Source: a virus (taxonomy: Duplodnaviria; Heunggongvirae; Uroviricota; Caudoviricetes). Taken from it: a stretch of 64,000 bases of DNA. The stretch covers positions 6,939 through 70,938 of the IMG/VR virus record IMGVR_UViG_2700989400_000004. One strand, given 5' to 3'. This document shows positions 1 to 8,469 of the stretch, piece after piece. The notes under the pieces are model-generated. The model made no database searches, was not told where the DNA came from, and saw nothing but the letters and a program-made list of their open reading frames with translations. Made by a program: the position numbers and the translations under genes. Every line of letters begins with the position of its first letter. The stretch's first letter is position 1.

Positions 1-652
1 CATTGCGCGGCATCGCTTCGTAAATAATTTTTTGTGTCCCTTCCGGGATCATTTCAATGATCAGATACGCTTCCCTTCCGTCGTTACCAATACCTGCCGT
101 GCGCATCCGGTCACTCAGCCAGGTTTCTTTATAATTCATCTCCTCTGCCCTGGTGTTGGGGATTGGCTCGATATACCAGAGCGCCCCGTCTTTTTCGGTA
201 ATATGCGGTTTCATGGGGTCTGTTTTACCGGGTGATCCACCAGCTATTCCGATTCCTTCAGGAATGGTTTCCCCGCGCTCTGTCTGTTCGCGGATCCGTT
301 GCAGGTAGTCGCGCCAGTTCTCCGGCTCCCGGTCGGTGATGCCTTTGTATAATTTCGCATCCTGTACGCCAGCCAGCGCCAGCTTTTCAGCGATAGCATT
401 GATCTGGATTGGCTCTATCTCCCCCGCGATATAAACACGCGCAAAGCGGCGCTCATCGTCGATAATGCGGATATTAGCCAGATCTGCCAGTTGCGTTGGC
501 CCCAGGTAAACAGGTGGCACGTTATCGCCGTGTTTTCGTCCTTCGCTTTCAATCCAGTGTTGAGCATGGGCGTAAGCATCCGTCCCGGCAAAAATGATTA
601 CCTCGGTGAATTTATCCTTTGGCTGATATTTTAAATTCGGTGCGTTTTTCAC
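1..652 (-). CDS. hypothetical protein, N-terminal part only (gene continues past left edge); island replication-module candidate
   Basis: Stop-free minus frame from GTG at 652 to position 1 (absent from ORF track because its stop is outside the window); GTG overlaps stop of 649..939 (GTGA coupling); translation VKNAPNLKYQPKDKFTEVIIFAGTDAYAHAQHW... is protein-like. Confidence 0.35.
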   Translation of the reverse strand, partial: MKNAPNLKYQPKDKFTEVIIFAGTDAYAHAQHWIESEGRKHGDNVPPVYLGPTQLADLANIRIIDDERRFARVYIAGEIEPIQINAIAEKLALAGVQDAKLYKGITDREPENWRDYLQRIREQTERGETIPEGIGIAGGSPGKTDPMKPHITEKDGALWYIEPIPNTRAEEMNYKETWLSDRMRTAGIGNDGREAYLIIEMIPEGTQKIIYEAMPRN

Positions 653-939
653 TTCTTACCTCCCGCAACCAACATTGCCCGGATTTTTTTAATATTCGAG
701 GCTGCACGTCTTGCCACCGCCAATTGTTTGTTTTCCACCAGAATAAAATCACGCTCAAACTGACGGCGCGGCATTACGCAGTCATATTCGTAAGCCTCAC
801 GGCGGTAGGTGATATTGCCTGGCGTAACGTGACGAATAACCACTCGTCCCCCACGTCTGGTGTCGCGGTAAATATCGCCAGAGCGAATTGCAGACCGAGA
901 GAGGCCGCTGGCAGTAAAGCCAGAATTTTTCTTTTTCAT
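649..939 (-). CDS. hypothetical protein (island small gene, 96 aa)
   Basis: ORF with SD-like AGGAAA upstream of ATG at 939; tightly coupled to flanking genes. Confidence 0.4.
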   Translation of the reverse strand: MKKKNSGFTASGLSRSAIRSGDIYRDTRRGGRVVIRHVTPGNITYRREAYEYDCVMPRRQFERDFILVENKQLAVARRAASNIKKIRAMLVAGGKK

Positions 940-1136
940 GGTTTTATTTTCCTGTCAGCAGTTCCGGTTTTATTCCTGCACGAATACATAGTTCAGAAAA
1001 GCCTTCTACCGTACTTACAATTTCATTATTTCGCAGTCGGCATTGTGATTTCACTTTCCCTTTATCCAGGTAAACCAGTACGCGCCCGGTGAAATCATCT
1101 GGCACATTCAGGGTAATTGTCATTGTTGCTGGCTGA

Positions 1137-1502
1137 TTACCCATGACTTCCCCCCTGAATGATCCGGTAATCGCAACGGGTCAGCAGTTCGCTAAATTCC
1201 GGCAGTGTTCCGAAACAGCAATCATCACGCAGCCGTTCGCGGGATACCTCGACGCCGTTTTCGTAGTGACTCACCATGCGTCCGGTAAAATGCAGATCAT
1301 CATCGTGATGGTTCGTTAACGGCTTAATAAGTCGCGCACGTTCTGCCAGTTCCAGCAATGCTTCAACGCTTCCGGCAATTGCACCATCCGGCAGGTGATA
1401 ATTACTTACCACGCGTCCATTCTCCACGTTAACCAGTAGCTGCTCGGTGAATTTCTCACGAAACTGAATGCTGTTAAGGTCAGAAATTGACAGGTTATGC
1501 AT
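1137..1502 (-). CDS. hypothetical protein (121 aa)
   Basis: ATG at 1502 preceded by AGGAGG; start overlaps stop of upstream gene (ATGCATAA). Confidence 0.5.
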   Translation of the reverse strand: MHNLSISDLNSIQFREKFTEQLLVNVENGRVVSNYHLPDGAIAGSVEALLELAERARLIKPLTNHHDDDLHFTGRMVSHYENGVEVSRERLRDDCCFGTLPEFSELLTRCDYRIIQGGSHG

Positions 1503-1860
1503 GGTGCACCTCCTGGCGAATACGGGCAGCGAATACCATCACGCAGCCATCAGGAGATTGCTGACGCGCTTCCTGTTCGCTGGTGGCCTCGATGTGAATT
1601 ACGCGCGGTTGTGCTGTGCTCAGGGCGATAAAACGCCAGATAAAATTGTTCTCGCATTTCTGAATAAACAGCGTGTTTTCTTCGCGCCCTTTCCATGTTG
1701 CCGAGATATAGCCCATGTCATTGAGCATCTCGCAGGCATCAACCAGCGTATCAGCGGCTACGTGTACAGTGTTTTTACCGTCAGCTATGCAATCACGGTG
1801 CACCGCCAGGAAGGTGTATATAAATTTAGGGTGAGTTTGGGTATGCTGTGTTCCAGCCAT
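1495..1860 (-). CDS. hypothetical protein (121 aa), internal start of the long 1495..3081 frame
   Basis: ATG at 1860 with GAGGT 7 nt upstream; protein-like translation MAGTQHTQTHPKFIYTFLAVHRDC...; the frame upstream of 1860 is low-complexity. Confidence 0.45.
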   Translation of the reverse strand: MAGTQHTQTHPKFIYTFLAVHRDCIADGKNTVHVAADTLVDACEMLNDMGYISATWKGREENTLFIQKCENNFIWRFIALSTAQPRVIHIEATSEQEARQQSPDGCVMVFAARIRQEVHHA

Positions 1861-1925
1861 AATCGTTACCTCGTTTAACGGTTTGGTTAGACGCCCTGCA
1901 TGTGTGCCACCACTGCGGGGCGTTG

Positions 1926-1960
1926 CTGTATATACACCACAATCATTAGTGTATATACAG
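1926..1960. promoter_or_regulatory. operator-like palindrome in divergent promoter region
   Basis: Perfect 12-bp inverted repeat CTGTATATACAC (1926-1937) / GTGTATATACAG (1949-1960) with 11-bp spacer, between divergent genes ending 1860 and starting 2051; further ACACACC/GGTGT repeats at 2000-2030. Confidence 0.4.
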
Positions 1961-2050
1961 ATTAGATTTAAGTGTGCTACAGTGTCAAGTGTTTTATCAA
2001 CACACCTTTTGGTGTAATGTGTACACACCTCAAAATAACCGGACATTCTG

Positions 2051-2356
2051 ATGGCAACAGGAAACATCAACAGCAGATCGCAAATGAAAAATATCCGCTT
2101 CCCCCATGATGTAATCGAGGAAATGGAAAATTCGAAAACGGAAGGGGAAACAATAGCCGCTTTCGTGATTACAGCCGTTCGCGGTGAAATCGCCCGCCGC
2201 CAGGCAGAAGGAAGCGGAGAAAATCCCCTGGTTTCTTCGCTCGATGCACTGGCGCAGGTGGAAAAAATCGGTGTCAAAGCAGCCGAGGAGATCGGGCAAC
2301 TCGTCACCGTCGCGCGTGAAGAACTCCAGCGGCGCAAGGCCAAAGAACAGGAGTAA
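2051..2356 (+). CDS. small regulator-like protein (possible ribbon-helix-helix), 101 aa
   Basis: Protein-like ORF (…NIRFPHDVIEEMEN…EIGQLVTVAREELQRRKAKEQE); N-terminal beta-strand/helix pattern resembles RHH proteins; weak RBS. Confidence 0.4.
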   Translation: MATGNINSRSQMKNIRFPHDVIEEMENSKTEGETIAAFVITAVRGEIARRQAEGSGENPLVSSLDALAQVEKIGVKAAEEIGQLVTVAREELQRRKAKEQE

Positions 2357-3073
2357 CCATCACCAGCGCCGTGGTGTGAGGAACTACGGTGCATCGTTTT
2401 ACAGGGCAGCGCCATGACCAACAAAGAATCAACCAATACACCATCACCGGCACGGAAAAGACAGCGCAGAAAGATAGCGTACGAGCATGAGTCAGACAGA
2501 TTCGCGCCCTGTGCGTTTATCCTTGAGAAATTCCTTAAAGAGTACAGGCGCACAAAAATGGGGTCGCATACCTGGAAAACATCGCGGCATGGCGATGTTA
2601 AAGAGCAGGAATAGCCCACCAGCAAGCCAGCATATTCACCATAATGACCCTCAGTTAAACCTAGAGTCATTGGTGCAAAGCTGACACATTGCCCACCAGC
2701 CGCAAATGTGGCATTGTTGGTGATGCGTTCAAGTATGTAGCTTTTCCACTGGCGGCTCTCTGCGGTCGCCTTTGTTTTATCCAGAACGAAATCAGACATC
2801 AGATTGATCAGCACCTGGCGACCTGACAAAATCGCATCAGTCGCGCCACCAGCAGTATTTTTTGCTTTCCGGACAGCTTGGCCAACTGCATTTTGCAGCA
2901 AAATATTCTGCATTTCTGGCTTACTGTGATAACAGTGATCAGCGCCTTCACTCTGTACGACCACAACGCTATAATCTGCCTCGTAGACAGTAAGCAATAT
3001 GGCGCAGTAAGCGACTTGTTCACAAAGGCGCTCCGGCAACGGGGCGCTTTTTCTTTTTGTAACGGTCAGAGCA

Positions 3074-3874
3074 TTACACATGGCTGTTTTCCTCCATGCG
3101 ACGGGCTAACCAACGCTGCGAAAGACGAATTAATTCAGCTTTCCGCTGGTGGTAGTCCTGGCCTAACTCAATCAGCGTGATATTGCTCTGCTCAAGGTAA
3201 GAAAGATGCTCAAGCTGCAACGTGCTCATGTGGTCGCGTGGTTCGCCTGTGATGCCGTTCGCCTGCGCCCACTGTTTTGCAGTCATGCCACCCAGCACGA
3301 TACGCGCCAGCATATTGGCTTCCGTGGTGTAGTGGTGCTGTAGAGTGTTTTTACCCAGCTCAGCCCGGTACGCCTCCAGCGCGGCACACATTGGCTTAAA
3401 GTAGCTGGCAACTGTGATACGGGCTTTCAGTTCCCGGCGTAACACTGCGGAACGCACTGGCGCTACCTTGTGTAGCTCCTCCTCGCATTTGATAAAGTAC
3501 TGACGAACGGCGCGGCCCTGTTCGGTGCGTTCGACCATCGCCAGTTCTTTCGCCATGTTCACTGTGATGATGTACTCAAGAGCTGTTTGCTGGCGAGATT
3601 TTGCGCTCACCGGATCGGGTCGGCTCAAATATTCAACAACCTCATAATCCACGCCTTCCGTGAACCCGTATTCTTCAATGCGCCCCTTGATCCACGAACG
3701 GAAAACGCGCCCTACACCTAACGCCTTATGTAACGCTCTGGCGCTAACAATAGTGGTTTCACGCCCACCAATAACGCCGGAAATAACCGGAATAATTTCA
3801 GCGAAATTTTGCAGATTCTGTTTTTCAGGCCGAACGAAGCCCCGCCCCTGTACAGGCGTATATCCAGTATTCAT
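3074..3874 (-). CDS. phage antirepressor-like protein (Ant/KilAC-type)
   Basis: 266-aa ORF with N-terminal motif ALHKALGV…FRSWIK…YGFTEGVDY typical of phage antirepressor N-domains; sits downstream of alpA in the island. Confidence 0.5.
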   Translation of the reverse strand: MNTGYTPVQGRGFVRPEKQNLQNFAEIIPVISGVIGGRETTIVSARALHKALGVGRVFRSWIKGRIEEYGFTEGVDYEVVEYLSRPDPVSAKSRQQTALEYIITVNMAKELAMVERTEQGRAVRQYFIKCEEELHKVAPVRSAVLRRELKARITVASYFKPMCAALEAYRAELGKNTLQHHYTTEANMLARIVLGGMTAKQWAQANGITGEPRDHMSTLQLEHLSYLEQSNITLIELGQDYHQRKAELIRLSQRWLARRMEENSHV

Positions 3875-3926
3875 GGTTAAATCTCTGTATTAGTGGATGG
3901 GAGGCGGCTGTGTGCCGCCAGCCTGA

Positions 3927-4115
3927 TTAGTGAACTGCCTCGCGGCTGTCCTTCCATGCCAGAACTTCGGATAAAGACCAGCCAACGGAACGACCACCGA
4001 GTTTACGCCGTGATGGGAATTGTCCGGCTTTTTCCAGGCGGTAGCGGCATGAACGGCTCAGGCCTGTAAGTTGCTGACATTCTTTTTCACGTATAAAGCG
4101 ATCTGTGCTTAACAC
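3927..4115 (-). CDS. alpA: AlpA-family phage transcriptional regulator
   Basis: 62 aa, GTG start with AGGGGGA SD; motif LTGLSRSCRYRLEKAGQFPSRRKLGGRSVGWSLSEVLAW matches AlpA/Vis HTH family; immediately downstream of integrase. Confidence 0.7.
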   Translation of the reverse strand: MLSTDRFIREKECQQLTGLSRSCRYRLEKAGQFPSRRKLGGRSVGWSLSEVLAWKDSREAVH

Positions 4116-4478
4116 AATTCCCCCTTTGTTGTTTCTTAAAGAGTCATTGGGTGGATTATTGGGTTGGGTCGGATTGTGTCAGGGTGTTTATGGAATGGCA
4201 AACACTGGTGGCGGTCGTTTTACAGAAGTGGGGTAATGAGAATAAAAACTTTTTTAATTCATTGTGATGCAGTAGCGTAAAATTCTGTTTTTACGCCCTT
4301 TTTTACATGCTTTTAAGAGTGATTCGCCAATGTACAAAAAGCCAGTAAAACGACTGAAAATCAACTTTTTAGGGTGTCGGTCAGATGATAATCAAGTTTG
4401 TTCCAGATTGTTCGCCGTTGTTCGTCGTGGTGTCTCGTTGTTTCACGTTGTGTCCGTTCTGAAAAATCGCGAAAAAAA

Positions 4479-5729
4479 TTATATTTCTCTGGCTATTGGC
4501 AGTGTGGTTACGTTTTCGTGAGCACCTGCCAGTATCTCTAATCGCTCTGTCCACATATCCAGCGCGTTACGTTTCGCATCAATATAGCGGGAGTGGTTAT
4601 AGACTCGTTGCATCCCTGGCATCTGGTGGGCGGTAAGTTGCTCGACAATATGCGGATCCACGCCTAAATCGTTCAGCATCGTGGTAAACGTGCGCCGTAT
4701 ATCGTGCAGGGACCAGTGAGGATGGTTTAATTTTTTGTGCGTAAATCTGCCGTATTGTGACACGCTGGCTTCCTGTTTCAGTTCTCCGAGTAATAACCCT
4801 GTGTGCCTGTTCTGCTCCACCAGTTGCGTGACGAACGGCAAAATGCTTTCCGGTATTGGCCTGAATATGGCGACCTTCGTTTTGCTGTGTTCTTTCGGTA
4901 CCGTCCAGAGCATTTCCTTAAAATCCCACTCCCTGATCTCCGACAGCCTCAGTTCTCCAGTTCGGCAGCCAAACACAATCAGGAGGCGGATTAGCGCGCT
5001 GTAGTAGGGCGGGAATATTTTTTTATCCAGCGCCTGTAATAATTCGCCCAGTTCTTTGTTACTAAGCACGCGTTCGCTTATGCCTGGCTTTTTGCCAACG
5101 TCCACCACGTTGAGATCATCCAGAACGTTACTGACTGCGTAGCGACGTTTTCGGCAGAACTTAAGCGCCTGTTTACACGCCTGCATCATGTGACCAGACG
5201 TTACAGGGGATTTTTTGCGTATCCGGTCAAAACAGGCCAGCCAGTGACGTAACTCGCATTTATCCAGTGGCATATTGCCAATATGCTGTATGACGTGATT
5301 ATTCAGGCGGCTGTTCAGGGAGACGTAATCGACACGGTTTTCCTTTACGTGCATTTCCAGCCAGTAGCTGATCGCATCACCCACCGTTACCGGCTTTAGT
5401 GCTTCCTGTATGGAGTAATTAAGCTCATGGCGTGGATTTTTTCCTTCTGCCAGCCATGCGCGACACTGTGCCGCTTTTTCCCTGGCTGCTTTCAGGCTCA
5501 GATCAGGATAATTTCCCAGCTTCAGGCGTTCCGGTGATACCAGGCGTCCAGCTCCTGCCCTGTAGGTGAAATACCAGGTTAACAAGCCGCTGGTGGAATG
5601 CCTGACGCTCAGGTTTCCACCGTCATTAAGAAATGTGGTTTTTGGGGCTGGTGTGCCGTTGATTTTTCTTAGCTGTGTATCGCTCAGTTTGTTAAGTGCT
5701 CTGCTCATAATTTTGAATCCGGTCATCAC
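4479..5729 (-). CDS. int: P4-type tyrosine integrase (site-specific recombinase)
   Basis: 416-aa ORF; N-terminal arm-type domain (LSDTQLRKINGTPAPK…YPDLSLKAAREKAAQCRAWLAEGKNP) and C-terminal catalytic domain (…HDIRRTFTTML…); GTG at 5729 or ATG at 5726. Confidence 0.85.
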   Translation of the reverse strand: MMTGFKIMSRALNKLSDTQLRKINGTPAPKTTFLNDGGNLSVRHSTSGLLTWYFTYRAGAGRLVSPERLKLGNYPDLSLKAAREKAAQCRAWLAEGKNPRHELNYSIQEALKPVTVGDAISYWLEMHVKENRVDYVSLNSRLNNHVIQHIGNMPLDKCELRHWLACFDRIRKKSPVTSGHMMQACKQALKFCRKRRYAVSNVLDDLNVVDVGKKPGISERVLSNKELGELLQALDKKIFPPYYSALIRLLIVFGCRTGELRLSEIREWDFKEMLWTVPKEHSKTKVAIFRPIPESILPFVTQLVEQNRHTGLLLGELKQEASVSQYGRFTHKKLNHPHWSLHDIRRTFTTMLNDLGVDPHIVEQLTAHQMPGMQRVYNHSRYIDAKRNALDMWTERLEILAGAHENVTTLPIAREI

Positions 5730-5972
5730 AATTAACTACACCATTAACTACACCGATCATTGCACAAGGGGGTACAACGTGGAACAAATTGGAACAAGAA
5801 AAATTGCAATGAGTTTAAAAATCAAAAACATAATGAACAACGTGGCACATTATGAAACAGCAAAAAACACTAATTTATAAAATCACGATATTAATAATGT
5901 AACTTATATTTTCGTGAAATCTGTCACTGAAGAAAATTGGCAACTAAAGGTTAAAACCGTTATAACACAGTC

Positions 5973-6066
5973 ACCGGCGCAGAGGAGACAATGCCGGATT
6001 TAAGACGCGGATGCACTGCTGTGTGTACTGTAGAGTCTGGCGGATGTCGACAGACTCTATTTTTTT
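5973..6066 (+). ncRNA. mcaS: small regulatory RNA McaS (IsrA)
   Basis: ~94-nt unit convergent with abgR as in E. coli K-12; GGA-containing 5' region (AGAGGAGACAAUG); intrinsic terminator stem AGAGTCTG/CAGACTCT (6033-6058) plus T7 run; -10-like TATAAC at 5961-5966. Confidence 0.65.
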
Positions 6067-6074
6067 ATGCAGTT

Positions 6075-6983
6075 TTAACTTTGCAGATAGCCGCATTCTC
6101 GCCGGAATTGCGTGATTAATGACGCGGTCAGTGGTGTCTGGCGACTATCACGCCGCTGAATCAAATAATAGGCCGCTTTCGGTAAAATTTCGCTAACCGG
6201 CAACATCACCAGCCCCTGTCCGTGCAAGGGATCGCAGCCCATTTCTTCAGGCAGTATGCTGAGAAAATCGCTTTTTGCCACCAGACTGATACAGGCTGAG
6301 AACGTCTCGCAGACTACACCGACCTGTGGCGTTTGCGCCTGATCGTCAAGCAATTCACTCAACTGTTTGTAGTAGCTGCCGTGTGGCGTCGGCATTGTCC
6401 AGCTGTAATCCAGTAACTGTTTGATCGAACGGGCACCAATGGCGGGGTGTCCCGGGCGGCAAAAGATCGCGAATTGCTTTTCCAGTAATTTCTCAAAAGT
6501 AAATTCGTGGTCGTACGGTCCCTGATAATAGGTATTGATGGTGAAATCCAATTCTCCCTGACGCAATTCATTAATCATCGACACCAGTTGCCCTTCCATA
6601 ATGCGTACTTTTACCTGCGGATGCTGCTGATGAAAACGAGATATGACAGCTGGCATCAGACTGCGGGAAATACTGGCCCCCATGCCGATATTAATCTGCC
6701 CTGCCAGTTGCCCTTGTCGTTGGCGAATATCCTCTTGGGCTGCGCGCAGTTCTTCAAGAATAAGACTGGCGTGCTGATAAAAACTTTCACCGGCATCAGT
6801 TAACGTCACGCCTTTACTACGGCGAAAAAAGAGTTGCGCCGCTAATCCTTCTTCCAGCTCCTGAATAGATTTACTCAGTGCCGGTTGCGACATATTCAAC
6901 ATTCGGCTCGCTCCGCGAATGCTGCCCTGACGAGCCACTTCAACAAAAGCACGAATTTGATGAATTTTTACCTGAAAAGCCAT
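6075..6983 (-). CDS. abgR: LysR-family transcriptional regulator AbgR
   Basis: 302-aa ORF with N-terminal LysR HTH (…IRGASRMLNMSQPALSKSIQELE…) and substrate-binding domain; divergent from the abgA operon. Confidence 0.9.
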   Translation of the reverse strand: MAFQVKIHQIRAFVEVARQGSIRGASRMLNMSQPALSKSIQELEEGLAAQLFFRRSKGVTLTDAGESFYQHASLILEELRAAQEDIRQRQGQLAGQINIGMGASISRSLMPAVISRFHQQHPQVKVRIMEGQLVSMINELRQGELDFTINTYYQGPYDHEFTFEKLLEKQFAIFCRPGHPAIGARSIKQLLDYSWTMPTPHGSYYKQLSELLDDQAQTPQVGVVCETFSACISLVAKSDFLSILPEEMGCDPLHGQGLVMLPVSEILPKAAYYLIQRRDSRQTPLTASLITQFRRECGYLQS

Positions 6984-7158
6984 GACGCCACCGATAACCG
7001 TTATTTATCAGACCAAAGAAACTGGCATCTACTTTAATGCAGATGATTGTGTCAGGGTAATTTATGAACGGTTAAAACTGTGAAAAATCAGTTAGTGATA
7101 AGTAAAAACTATCGCTACGTGAACCGGGTCACACTTTTTACTGATGACGGGAAAGGTT

Positions 7159-8469
7159 ATGGAGTCTTTGAATCAATTTGTTAATTCGCTTGCCCCAAAA
7201 TTATCGCACTGGCGACGTGATTTTCATCACTATGCAGAGTCTGGCTGGGTGGAATTCCGCACTGCCACCCTTGTTGCGGAAGAATTGCAGCAGCTCGGCT
7301 ATTCACTGGCGCTGGGCCGCGAAGTAGTTAATGAAAGTAGCCGGATGGGACTACCTGATGAACTCACTCTACAACGCGAATTCGAGCGCGCTCGTCAACA
7401 GGGTGCGCTAGCACAATGGATTGCGGTTTTTGAAGGTGGTTTCACTGGTATCGTCGCCACCCTGGATACCGGTCGCCCCGGTCCGGTGATGGCTTTCCGT
7501 GTCGATATGGACGCGCTGGATCTCAGTGAAGAGCAGGATGTCAGCCATCGCCCCTACCGCGACGGTTTTGCGTCATGTAACGCCGGAATGATGCATGCCT
7601 GTGGTCATGATGGACATACCGCCATTGGGCTTGGGCTGGCGCATACCCTTAAACAATTCGAGTCCGGACTACATGGCGTCATCAAACTGATTTTTCAGCC
7701 TGCAGAGGAAGGTACGCGTGGCGCGCGGGCGATGGTCGATGCAGGTGTCGTAGATGATGTTGATTATTTTACTGCCGTGCACATTGGCACTGGCGTACCT
7801 GCGGGCACCGTGGTGTGCGGCAGTGATAATTTTATGGCAACCACCAAATTTGACGCGCACTTCACCGGTACCGCCGCTCACGCAGGCGCAAAACCAGAAG
7901 ACGGTCACAATGCCTTGTTGGCGGCAGCACAAGCCACTCTTGCACTGCATGCAATCGCCCCGCACAGCGAAGGAGCTTCCAGAGTAAACGTGGGCGTTAT
8001 GCAGGCAGGAAGCGGTCGTAACGTTGTTCCTGCCTCGGCGTTGCTGAAAGTGGAAACACGCGGGGCCAGCGACGTCATTAATCAATATGTTTTTGACCGT
8101 GCACAACAAGCGATTCAGGGCGCAGCAACCATGTATGGTGTCGGCGTTGAAACTCGTCTGATGGGTGCAGCTACCGCCAGTTCTCCTTCGCCGCAATGGG
8201 TCGCATGGTTGCAAAGTCAGGCGGCTCAGGTCGCGGGGGTCAATCAGGCCATTGAACGTGTTGAAGCGCCTGCGGGTTCCGAAGATGCCACATTAATGAT
8301 GGCCCGCGTGCAGCAACATCAAGGGCAAGCCTCCTACGTGGTGTTTGGCACACAGCTGGCGGCAGGTCATCACAACGAAAAATTCGATTTTGACGAGCAG
8401 GTTCTCGCTATTGCCGTCGAAACGCTGGCGCGCACCGCGCTCAATTTTCCCTGGACGCGAGGTATCTGA
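7159..8469 (+). CDS. abgA: p-aminobenzoyl-glutamate hydrolase subunit A (M20 peptidase family)
   Basis: Start at MESLNQFVNSLAPKL with GGGAAAGG SD; M20 metal-binding motifs (…MHACGHDGH…); stop overlaps abgB start. Confidence 0.9.
   Translation: MESLNQFVNSLAPKLSHWRRDFHHYAESGWVEFRTATLVAEELQQLGYSLALGREVVNESSRMGLPDELTLQREFERARQQGALAQWIAVFEGGFTGIVATLDTGRPGPVMAFRVDMDALDLSEEQDVSHRPYRDGFASCNAGMMHACGHDGHTAIGLGLAHTLKQFESGLHGVIKLIFQPAEEGTRGARAMVDAGVVDDVDYFTAVHIGTGVPAGTVVCGSDNFMATTKFDAHFTGTAAHAGAKPEDGHNALLAAAQATLALHAIAPHSEGASRVNVGVMQAGSGRNVVPASALLKVETRGASDVINQYVFDRAQQAIQGAATMYGVGVETRLMGAATASSPSPQWVAWLQSQAAQVAGVNQAIERVEAPAGSEDATLMMARVQQHQGQASYVVFGTQLAAGHHNEKFDFDEQVLAIAVETLARTALNFPWTRGI

Larger units (their letters stand above)
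1..5760. mobile_element. P4-like / satellite-type integrative island, right-hand portion (left end outside window)
   Basis: Collinear minus-strand module int-alpA-ant-like-small genes-replication-type gene; terminal integrase abuts host sRNA gene; tandem ATTAACTACACC x2 at 5731-5754 beside int start. Confidence 0.6.

Noticed and set aside
1926-1960. LexA (SOS) box
   Set aside because: Arms contain CTGT…ACAG but separated by ~27 nt rather than the 8-nt spacing of a LexA site; treated as a generic operator palindrome
1495-3081. 528-aa minus-strand ORF as one gene
   Set aside because: Its middle third is low-complexity Ser/Cys/Arg-rich and antisense to a convincing plus-strand gene; only the C-terminal 121 codons (1495..1860) are annotated, and the anomaly is kept as a finding
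5730-5972. tRNA or tmRNA gene as integrase attachment target
   Set aside because: No cloverleaf-compatible acceptor/T-arm pattern between int and mcaS; region is AT-rich promoter-like sequence
7669-8214. 181-aa minus-strand ORF within abgA
   Set aside because: Antisense to a conserved M20 hydrolase gene; Cys/Arg-rich junk translation
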